Below, piece after piece: positions 16,852 to 24,350 of a stretch of DNA of 24,350 nucleotides. Made by a program: the position numbers and the translations under genes. The notes beneath the pieces are model-generated. The model was given only the letters and a program-made list of their open reading frames with translations, did no database searches and was not told the origin of the DNA. The stretch is from Bacteriovoracaceae bacterium. Lineage in GTDB: Bacteria > Bdellovibrionota > Bacteriovoracia > Bacteriovoracales > Bacteriovoracaceae. How positions within the stretch are numbered: position 1 is the stretch's first letter; each line of letters opens with the position of its first letter. Location of the stretch: contig JBFGZE010000047.1 in NCBI GenBank assembly GCA_041586955.1, positions 1-24,350 on the forward strand, read 5' to 3'.

Positions 16852-18117
16852 GTGACTAAAAAAGGGCTAAAGTTAATACTTTCTTTTGCTATTATTACAT
16901 CCAGTTCTGCTGCTCTTTTAGTGGAAAAGGATCGAGGTGAAATTTGTCAACTTTCAACTTTTGAAACCATTAAGTACAAAAAGGACGATATTAAAAAGGC
17001 CAAAAAATTATGTGCCATCGATTTTTATAATCCTGATAATTATTATCAATTCAAAAAGGACAATGTCAGAACTGGAGTCTGCCCAAAATTAGTCAACACC
17101 AATCCTGGAATTGAACTCTATGCTTTAATCGATGGCCCCAGCAAAAGTATATTTGAAAACTCCTTTTGCCACAGTCCAAGAAGGCCGGCCAAGAAATTGG
17201 CCAAATATAAAGTTAGCACCAGTTGTGGATATTCTCCTGCTATGATGGCCTATTTTCATTTCTCTCGACTCCTCAATATTGGAAATGTTCCCATCGCCGT
17301 TTACCGGACGATGGACATCAAAGCTCATCAAGACTTTGCACAAAAAGGCGTCCGCTATAGCAGCAAGCAAAAGGGCTGGATAAAAAAGAATTGGATCACA
17401 CTCCAGAAAAAATTAAACGCCGGGCCATCTTCTTCATCCGCCAAAAAATTAATGACAAGTGACGGCAATTATTCCTATGGTGCGCTGATGGAAAATCCCC
17501 GCGGCGAAGCTTCGTTAAACAGTTTTCATAATGGTGGTTCGAAAAAATACCTTCAATCCAAATGGATGAAGATTCTTAAGAGGAAAAAGGCCATTACCAG
17601 AACTTTTTCCCAGAATAAATCAAATTTAGAGAATATTTTCCTACTCAAAGATTTTTCAGATATGCTTTTAATCGACTTTATCATGTCTCAGCATGATCGT
17701 TACGGAAATATTCATTATAAAAAATATTTCTATTACCAAAAAGATGGGAAATTGAAACGCCAAAAATACCAGGCCAAAAACGCCAAAACAATGAAAGAGC
17801 GAGGCGCCGTGGTCGTTAAGCGCATGTTGCTCAAAGATAATGATTGTGGACTGCGTTTCGCCAATGATGTGCAAAATCATAAGGCCTTAGAAAAACTTCA
17901 ACATTTTTCCCAAGAGACATTTTTAAATCTAAAAAGAACGAAAACCTTATCGCAAACTATAGAATTTAAACAATGGCTCAAAAATGATCTTCATTTTCAG
18001 GATGATGATTTAGAAAAAATCACCCATAATATTGCCAAGGCCTATGCCATATTATCAAAAGGTATTTCAACAGGCCGAATAACCCTCGATTTAAATCCAG
18101 AATCATTTTGGAAATAG
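16852..18117 (+). CDS. Secreted protein with atypical kinase-like motifs (Fam20C/Four-jointed/CotH/PI3-4K-like)
   Basis: GTG 16852 with AAGGAG RBS and signal peptide; AKYK, AYFHFSRLLNIGNVP, DFIMSQHDRYGN and LLKDNDCG. Confidence 0.65.
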   Translation: MTKKGLKLILSFAIITSSSAALLVEKDRGEICQLSTFETIKYKKDDIKKAKKLCAIDFYNPDNYYQFKKDNVRTGVCPKLVNTNPGIELYALIDGPSKSIFENSFCHSPRRPAKKLAKYKVSTSCGYSPAMMAYFHFSRLLNIGNVPIAVYRTMDIKAHQDFAQKGVRYSSKQKGWIKKNWITLQKKLNAGPSSSSAKKLMTSDGNYSYGALMENPRGEASLNSFHNGGSKKYLQSKWMKILKRKKAITRTFSQNKSNLENIFLLKDFSDMLLIDFIMSQHDRYGNIHYKKYFYYQKDGKLKRQKYQAKNAKTMKERGAVVVKRMLLKDNDCGLRFANDVQNHKALEKLQHFSQETFLNLKRTKTLSQTIEFKQWLKNDLHFQDDDLEKITHNIAKAYAILSKGISTGRITLDLNPESFWK

Positions 18118-18131
18118 AAGGCACCAAGATT

Positions 18132-20594
18132 ATGACTCCTGAAGTTCTCGCCCCCATCAATGATATGCAAACCGCTCTCGCCGCCATTCATGGTGGCGCA
18201 GATGCTATGTACCTGGGCATGCCCGGCTTTAATGCCCGTGGGCGCGCAAAAGATTTAAGCTTTATGCAGGTAAAAGAAATTATTAATATCGCTCACCTAT
18301 ATGGCGTTAAGGTATTTCTCGCCTTTAATATTGTGGTTTTTCAAAATGAATGGCCAAAAGTCGAAGTCCTCATTAAAAAGGCCAGTGAATTATCTCCGGA
18401 TGCTTTTATTGTTCAAGATCTTGGGCTGGCGCGACTTTTACAAAATATGGCCCCTGGTATTCCCGTTCATGCCTCGACCCAAATGACTGTCACGCACCAT
18501 TTTGCGATGGATTTATTGGCAGACCTTAATATTAAACGTTATGTATTGGGACGAGAAAACTCTCTTGAAGAAATTAAAATCATTCGCGAGCATAATCAAT
18601 CTGAACTTGAGGTTTTTGTTCACGGCGCCCTTTGTGTCGCTTATTCTGGCCAATGCTTTACCAGCGAGTCAATGGGTGGACGCTCCGCCAATCGCGGCCA
18701 ATGTGCTCAATCATGCCGATTGCCCTATGAGTTAATAATTGATCAAAACCCATATCAAGGCGATAAAGGTCCCTATATGGTGTCGCCCCAGGATCTTCTA
18801 GGTATCGACCAAGTTGAGGCCTTGCAGGCCCTCAATGTCAACTCCTTCAAAATAGAAGGTCGTCTCAAAGATGCGACTTATATTGGTACCGCCGCCCAGG
18901 CCTATGCCACCAAAATTCATCGCCCGGAGCAATACAGTGGTGACCTGACTCATGGACTCAAACGTTCTTACTCACGCGGATTCTATAATGGTTGGCTTGA
19001 AGGAGTTAATCACCAAAAATTGGTACAAGGCGACTTCTCCCACCACAGAGGGGAAAAGGCCGGTGTCATACGCTCGGTTCATAAAAATCACATTCAAGTC
19101 GAATGGCATCTCGATACCCCTCCCCAAAAGGGAATGGGTGTCATGTGTGCAAAAACTCAGGCGAAAGAATGGGGCGCACGAATTTACGATATTAAAATAT
19201 TATCTCCTAGTACTTATACGATTACTTTTTCTCAAAAGGATAGACCCCAAACGAAAGTTGGAGACTACCTTTTCATCACTGATGATCCGATGGTTGATAA
19301 ACTTCAAAAGGCCCAGGTTATCGACAAAAATAAACAACGCCGGATCCCTATAACTTGGAGTATTACGGCCCGTAGCAATACTCCTCTTTTCATCGAATTA
19401 AAAGATCAGCAAGGCCACACACTCCAATACCTGGGTGATCAAAATATTGTGCCTGCCACTCAAAGAGCGACGACAGAAGAGGATATAAAAAAAGAATTTA
19501 ATAAGCTCGGTGGTAGCGTTTACCAATTGCACACACTGAATATTTCATTAAATGATAAACCCTATCTACCTGCCCGCGATTTAAAAAAAATACGCCAACA
19601 AATGATTCAAGATTTTAACGATCTGCGAATGGCGAGAGAACCTCAAGAGATCAATACCGTTAATCACTTATTAACACCTCATCCGAAAAATGAAAGCGAC
19701 GGTCAACAAAAACTCCATTTATTATTACGACATGCTCGCCAAATTCAGGTCTTGGCACAATTAAAGGCCAAGGGGATTGACCTCTCCCCAATTGTATTAG
19801 TCAGCTTAGATTTTGAATTTGGCAAGGACTATAAGGAGGCAATAACCGCCGTCCGTGCTCTGGGTTTAAAGGTTGCCATAGCCACAACGAGAATTTTAAA
19901 GCCAGGTGAACTACACCATTTTAAGTTAATTGAGCGCCTTGCCCCCGATGCCGTTTTGGTGCGAAACCTTGGAGCCCTCCAATATTTTAGGAAAACTGAA
20001 TTTACCCTATGGGGTGATTTTGGCCTTAATGCGACCAACCATTTAAGCGTTAATTATCTTTTAGAAAAGGGTCTTGATAAGTTATGCCTTAGTTATGACC
20101 TTAACCATACTCAAATTGATGATTTATTAAAAGCAATTGATCCTTCTCGGGTAGAGATCACTCTCCATCAATATATGCCTGAGTTTCATATGGAGCATTG
20201 TGTATTTGCTGCTTATTTAAGCAAAGGCCAATCTTTCCGCGATTGCGGAAGGCCTTGTGAAAAACATGAAGTACAATTAATTGACCCTTACAAAGGGGTC
20301 CATATCCTTAAGGCCGACGCTGAATGCCGGAACACTCTTTTTAAAGAAAAGGCCCATGCCCCCGTACAGTATTGGCAAACCTGGAAGGAAATAGGCGCCC
20401 AGAATTGGCGAGTAGAAGCATTAGATGAGAAAAATAATGAACTCATGCAAAAAGTTGAACTTTATTTAGAGTTTTTTGCTGGCCACATCGACCATCAGAG
20501 CATTACGAAAAAGTTTGATGTTTTAGAAAGTTATGGAGTGTGTTCAGGGCAAGTCGGCAAAAGTAGTGAATACCATTCAAGGCCGCAAGCTTAG
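18132..20594 (+). CDS. U32 peptidase family protein, long RlhA-like form (DUF3656-type middle region plus a second U32-like domain)
   Basis: PEVLAP, GADAMYLG, FNARGRA, HASTQM, Fe-S motif HGALCVAYSGQC...SANRGQCAQSCR, FKIEGRLK; C-terminal HMEHCVF...CGRPCEKH...CRN. Confidence 0.9.
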   Translation: MTPEVLAPINDMQTALAAIHGGADAMYLGMPGFNARGRAKDLSFMQVKEIINIAHLYGVKVFLAFNIVVFQNEWPKVEVLIKKASELSPDAFIVQDLGLARLLQNMAPGIPVHASTQMTVTHHFAMDLLADLNIKRYVLGRENSLEEIKIIREHNQSELEVFVHGALCVAYSGQCFTSESMGGRSANRGQCAQSCRLPYELIIDQNPYQGDKGPYMVSPQDLLGIDQVEALQALNVNSFKIEGRLKDATYIGTAAQAYATKIHRPEQYSGDLTHGLKRSYSRGFYNGWLEGVNHQKLVQGDFSHHRGEKAGVIRSVHKNHIQVEWHLDTPPQKGMGVMCAKTQAKEWGARIYDIKILSPSTYTITFSQKDRPQTKVGDYLFITDDPMVDKLQKAQVIDKNKQRRIPITWSITARSNTPLFIELKDQQGHTLQYLGDQNIVPATQRATTEEDIKKEFNKLGGSVYQLHTLNISLNDKPYLPARDLKKIRQQMIQDFNDLRMAREPQEINTVNHLLTPHPKNESDGQQKLHLLLRHARQIQVLAQLKAKGIDLSPIVLVSLDFEFGKDYKEAITAVRALGLKVAIATTRILKPGELHHFKLIERLAPDAVLVRNLGALQYFRKTEFTLWGDFGLNATNHLSVNYLLEKGLDKLCLSYDLNHTQIDDLLKAIDPSRVEITLHQYMPEFHMEHCVFAAYLSKGQSFRDCGRPCEKHEVQLIDPYKGVHILKADAECRNTLFKEKAHAPVQYWQTWKEIGAQNWRVEALDEKNNELMQKVELYLEFFAGHIDHQSITKKFDVLESYGVCSGQVGKSSEYHSRPQA

Positions 20595-21146
20595 AATCAT
20601 TTCTCGCTTCACTTCCTGGTACTCACCAGGTGCCAAATCATTTAACTTGAGAGCGCCCATTCCTACCCGAACCAGTCTTAAGGTGGGAAATCCCACTTTG
20701 GCAGTCATTCGTCGCACCTGGCGATTTTTACCTTCTCGCAATTTAATTTCAATCCACGATGTGGGGATCGATTGGCGTTCGCGAATTGGGGGGACACGCT
20801 CTGGCAAAGAAGGCCCTTCGATTAATTGAACCTGGCAGGGCAAGGTCTGATAACCTTTAATCGTGACGCCCTTTTTTAATTGGGCCAAGGCCTCTTTAGT
20901 GGGAATCCCCTCGACTTGCACCCAATAGGTTTTTTCCTTATTAAATTTGGGGTCCAATAATCGATGGATCAATGGCCCATCGTTGGTCAAAAGAAGGAGC
21001 CCTTCGCTATCTTTATCCAAACGCCCGGCCGCATAGATTTCTTTAGGCAGGTTAAACTCTGCCAACGTCCGTTGATTTTCTTCCCCAGTAAATTGACTGA
21101 GAACGCCGAAAGGTTTGTAGAAAATAAAATACTTAAACTTTTTCAT
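20577..21146 (-). CDS. rluE: 23S rRNA pseudouridine synthase, RluE-like (RsuA family, no S4 domain)
   Basis: FYKPFGVLSQF, AAGRLDKDSEGLLLLTNDG, KTYWVQVEG, ERVPPIRER, EGKNRQVRRMTAKVGFPTLRLVR. Confidence 0.88.
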   Translation of the reverse strand: MKKFKYFIFYKPFGVLSQFTGEENQRTLAEFNLPKEIYAAGRLDKDSEGLLLLTNDGPLIHRLLDPKFNKEKTYWVQVEGIPTKEALAQLKKGVTIKGYQTLPCQVQLIEGPSLPERVPPIRERQSIPTSWIEIKLREGKNRQVRRMTAKVGFPTLRLVRVGMGALKLNDLAPGEYQEVKREMILSLRP

Positions 21147-22002
21147 AATTAGTTACAAAGGGAATAAGGCCCACTGATATAAGAATAATAAGACAACCCC
21201 AAAGTCCCATTAAAGAAATCTCTTCGTTAAAAAATGTACGGCCAAATAAGGCCGACCAGACAGCTTCTGAGAGAAAAACTAATCCGACAATATGTACGCT
21301 AATACCTTTTTGTGCATAGATTTGCACAGAAAAGGCGATAATAGAACTCATGATGGCCAAAAATAAAAGGCCCGTTAAGCTACTGATCGTAAAAAGCGCC
21401 TGGATATGGAATAAAGGCTCTAAGCTGGGCACACCTTTGAAATAAATAGCAGTCGGCACGGCCATTAATCCCATAAAAAAGCATTGGCCAAAGTTGAAGG
21501 CCAGTGGGTTCTCTTCTTTCGCCACATGATCAATTAATAAAATATGAATGGAAAAAACAAAGGCAGAGGCCAGGATATAGGCGTCCCCTTCATTAAGTCC
21601 CTCGACTTTTAATTCACATAAAAGTGCCACCCCAACAAAGGCCATCACAAGGAGAAACCAAAAGCTTTTCCGATATGTCCTAGGAGAGATGAGTTTGGCG
21701 AGAATGGGTGTAAAGATGGCATAAAAAACGGTTAAAAAGCCGCTTTTTGCCAGGGAAGTAAGAGCGATGCCAATTGTTTGCAATTGTAGGCCTAGGCCTA
21801 GAAAAAAAGCACAGAGGAAGGCATTTTTGATACTTTTAATCGGCTTCCCCCATATCAGAAAAGGGATGCTAATAAGGCCGGCCAAAGCATAACGCAGGGA
21901 ATGACTCCAGATGGCGTCGTAATCTGCGAAGGTCCACCGGGTCGCCACAAATCCCATGCCCCAGATCAAACAACTGAGAAATAGAAGTGATATAGACTTC
22001 AT
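21133..22002 (-). CDS. DMT/EamA family transporter (alternative start ATG 22032)
   Basis: IWGMGFVAT, LQTIGIALTSLAKSGFLT, GDAYILASA, QIYAQK, EAVWSALF; about 10 TM helices. Confidence 0.9.
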   Translation of the reverse strand: MKSISLLFLSCLIWGMGFVATRWTFADYDAIWSHSLRYALAGLISIPFLIWGKPIKSIKNAFLCAFFLGLGLQLQTIGIALTSLAKSGFLTVFYAIFTPILAKLISPRTYRKSFWFLLVMAFVGVALLCELKVEGLNEGDAYILASAFVFSIHILLIDHVAKEENPLAFNFGQCFFMGLMAVPTAIYFKGVPSLEPLFHIQALFTISSLTGLLFLAIMSSIIAFSVQIYAQKGISVHIVGLVFLSEAVWSALFGRTFFNEEISLMGLWGCLIILISVGLIPFVTNYEKV

Positions 22003-22018
22003 AGGACGGACAGCTCTT

Positions 22019-23152
22019 TCAACTTTGTTCACTCACATATAGATAGCGCTTGACTATTTTTTCCCAAGAAAAATAATCTGCAAATTTTTGCCGCCCTATT
22101 TCTTTTTGTTTGTTATCTCTTTCTCCTTTTAACACTATCAAGGACTGCGATGCAAATTGCTTTTCATCTAAAAGAAAAAGATTTGGCCAATCCCTTAGTA
22201 TGGGGTCGGTAAAAGGTGAATCAGTTGATAAGACTGGCGTACCGAAGGCCATACCGGCAAGAGCACTGCCACGACGAGCGCTCATACCATCATCAAAAAA
22301 ACAAATGAGATAATCCATATGAAAAAAATAATCTGGCAATTGATCATTGGACTTTTTCCCCACGGCCTTAAATATAGAGGACCCCAATTGCAGGCCTGAG
22401 GCCTTCTCCACTTCTTCACCGCTTAGACCAATATAGAGAATTTGAATGCTTTGATCGCTGATTGCATAATCGTTGAGAAAGGATAAAACCATGGGGATGC
22501 GTTTAGAGGAATGGGCACTGCCAAATAAGGCCACCAGTTTTTTTTGAGGGTCGCGCCACTCCTTGAGGTCCTCGGGCAAGGGCGATTGCTCAAGGGAAGG
22601 CAAAACATTTGAACCGACAGGTAAATAATGGGCCTTGCGCCAAGGGAAATATTGTTGAAATGTTTTTTGATAACGATCAGTGGAACAAAAGACATTATCG
22701 GCGGCCAGAGTCAGTAAAGCTAAAATGAAGCGATGTAAGAGATGCAATATCCAACTCTTTGGGTCCCCTGGAAGCCAAGGGTAGGCCAATTCGTGTGCCA
22801 TCAAGTGGATACGGTGACCTTTTATCAAGCGGAACCACAAAAGAGCAAAGGGTAAATAAAAGCAAAGACCGATACGTTGGTACATCTGCGGTACATATTG
22901 AACGAGTAAAAGAGAGTCAGGTTCCAAGGTGCGACTGAGCCCTTGAAAAAGATGATAAGCATTCCACTTTGCGACAAGTGGACAAACCTCGATATTTGAA
23001 TCGCTTTCCCCTTCAAACTCTGACGAAGTTAATACTTTAACCGAGCGTCCCTGTTGGGATAATTGGTGAGCAAAATAATAGGAATAGCTGGAAAGACCGC
23101 ATTCACGTGGCGGGAAATAGGGCGAGAGAATGACAATAGATTGTCCTGACAA
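22019..23152 (-). CDS. Glycosyltransferase, family 4 (GT-B fold)
   Basis: TTG start with GAGG RBS; SPYFPPRECGLSSYS, VQYVPQMY, MAHE, LPVGSNV, DGMSARRGSALAGMAFGTPVLST, FSWEKIV. Confidence 0.82.
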   Translation of the reverse strand: MSGQSIVILSPYFPPRECGLSSYSYYFAHQLSQQGRSVKVLTSSEFEGESDSNIEVCPLVAKWNAYHLFQGLSRTLEPDSLLLVQYVPQMYQRIGLCFYLPFALLWFRLIKGHRIHLMAHELAYPWLPGDPKSWILHLLHRFILALLTLAADNVFCSTDRYQKTFQQYFPWRKAHYLPVGSNVLPSLEQSPLPEDLKEWRDPQKKLVALFGSAHSSKRIPMVLSFLNDYAISDQSIQILYIGLSGEEVEKASGLQLGSSIFKAVGKKSNDQLPDYFFHMDYLICFFDDGMSARRGSALAGMAFGTPVLSTDSPFTDPILRDWPNLFLLDEKQFASQSLIVLKGERDNKQKEIGRQKFADYFSWEKIVKRYLYVSEQS

Positions 23153-23362
23153 TGAATAAACCTCAACTTTTAGTTTAAAAAGATATTTTAACCCGTTCCC
23201 TCTCCAGCGACTAGGAAGATTTTATAACTCCTTAAAATCTTACAAGGAACAGTTCAGAGTAATTAATTAAATAATTCTTGCCTTATTTTTTGGGCATAAA
23301 TGATTGAGTTTCATTTTCACAATTCTACTAACGAACTGAAATTACGTAATAGAAAATAATAG

Positions 23363-23402
23363 CAGTTAAAATATATTTACAGTTAAAATATATTTACAGT
23401 TA
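23363..23402. repeat. Perfect 17-bp tandem repeat (two copies plus 6 bp)
   Basis: CAGTTAAAATATATTTA at 23363-23379 and 23380-23396, then CAGTTA at 23397-23402. Confidence 0.9.
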
Positions 23403-23422
23403 GAATCGGGTTTAGCCGACAG
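23395..23422 (+). promoter_or_regulatory. Putative sigma-28 (FliA) promoter of the fibre-like lipoprotein gene
   Basis: TACAGTTA-N12-GCCGACAG, 6/8 match in each box to TAAAGTTT/GCCGATAA, with the same spacing as the site at 9951-9978. Confidence 0.4.
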
Positions 23423-23429
23423 GATAAGT

Positions 23430-24350
23430 ATGAGAATGCGTCACCTTTTTATCTACACCGTCCTTATTTGTAGTCACTTTATCTTCAGTGGATGTAAGGG
23501 AAATATTGAGGTCAATATCTCGCCATCTGCGAAAAATGGTACAGTCGCGCCCAAGGCCGCCGTTACTAACGTCAATATTGCCAATGACCAAATTATTATT
23601 ACAGGTAGTCATCTCAACCATGTCACCAATGTGCGAGTGACAGGTGCCAACTCTTTTGACGAAACATTTACCATTGATGCCGCTTCCAATAATAATACCC
23701 TTTACGCCAATGCTACCAGTGCCATTAATGTTTTGGCCGAGGGGCTTTTTGATTTAATCATTACCGATGCTCATGGAGCGGCGACCTTTCCAATAAATAT
23801 TTCTGTCACCGATGGCACCGTGACCGCAGCGAAACTTTCCACCGCTGGAGCAAGTTCAGGTGACATCTATCAATTTAATGGCGTCAATTGGCAATTAACC
23901 AATCTCAATGGTGCTAGCTTATTGGGAACCTGGGATGCTAATGCCAATAACCCTATTTTAACCGATGCTTCTGGTAATTGTGATGGGAATAGTAATGGCG
24001 AGTATTATATTGTCTCCGTTGCAGGGACAACCAATATCGATGGGGTTAACACCTGGAATGCCGGTGATTGGATCTTTTGTAATAATAGCGGTGCTTGGGA
24101 GCGAATACAAAACGGTGGTGCTGTTAGCCTATTTAATGATCTCGCCGATGTTGATACAGTGAGCTCCGCTCCCACTGATGGACAAATGCTAATCTTTAAA
24201 ACCGGTAGTGGCAATTGGGAACCATCTGGTGCCATCACCACCAACACCGCAAACAATAATGTTACTTTTTCCAATGATGTCATCATTTCCGGGACAGGGC
24301 TCTCCGTCAATGGGACTGATGTTTGCTTATCAGATGGCACTAATTGCCCA
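23430..24350 (+). CDS. Large lipoprotein with phage-tail-fibre-like motifs (3' truncated; absent from the ORF track)
   Basis: Stop-free frame of 307 codons translated by hand: MRMRHLFIYTVLICSHFIFSG|C lipobox-like site; IPT/Ig-like IIITGSHL; DGTVTAAKL; LLGTWDANANNP..GEYYIVSVAGTTNIDGVNTWNAGDWIF..WERI; FNDLADVD..APTDGQMLIF..GNWEP. Confidence 0.85.
   Translation, partial: MRMRHLFIYTVLICSHFIFSGCKGNIEVNISPSAKNGTVAPKAAVTNVNIANDQIIITGSHLNHVTNVRVTGANSFDETFTIDAASNNNTLYANATSAINVLAEGLFDLIITDAHGAATFPINISVTDGTVTAAKLSTAGASSGDIYQFNGVNWQLTNLNGASLLGTWDANANNPILTDASGNCDGNSNGEYYIVSVAGTTNIDGVNTWNAGDWIFCNNSGAWERIQNGGAVSLFNDLADVDTVSSAPTDGQMLIFKTGSGNWEPSGAITTNTANNNVTFSNDVIISGTGLSVNGTDVCLSDGTNCP

Noticed and set aside
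23363..23402. CRISPR or iteron interpretation of the 17-bp repeat
   Set aside because: Copies are directly adjacent with no spacers, only about 2.3 units, and there is no cas or rep gene.
23412..24340. Track ORFs 23412-23621(-), 23965-24162(+) and 24005-24340(-)
   Set aside because: All overlap the real, stop-free + frame starting at 23430.

Overview
AT-rich bacterial chromosomal segment with about 20 protein genes. I see no mobile element, CRISPR array, rRNA or tRNA. The gene mix (several secreted or beta-barrel proteins, an orphan TadA, a FecR-Sel1 protein and a phage-tail-fibre-like lipoprotein) suggests a predatory Bdellovibrionota/Bacteriovoracia-like organism; this is inference, not a database result. 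Recognisable genes are a histidine kinase (3' part), tpx, an AI-2E transporter, a secreted PLD, a CsbD-like protein, fumC, cpaF/tadA, a purple acid phosphatase, an RlhA-like U32 protein, rluE, an EamA/DMT transporter and a GT4 glycosyltransferase. The most striking unexplained signal is a ~350-nt intergenic stretch (3262-3608). It folds by hand into a long, nested multi-helix structure whose G-U pairs point to the + strand, and it matches no RNA class I can recognise. Other highlights: a secreted Fam20C/CotH-like atypical kinase, a secreted NlpC/P60-like Cys-His hydrolase, a fibre-like lipoprotein missed by the ORF track with a 17-bp tandem repeat overlapping a sigma-28-like promoter, and a FumC whose N-terminus is replaced by a WENEGG peptide. 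All family calls come from motif recognition by eye.
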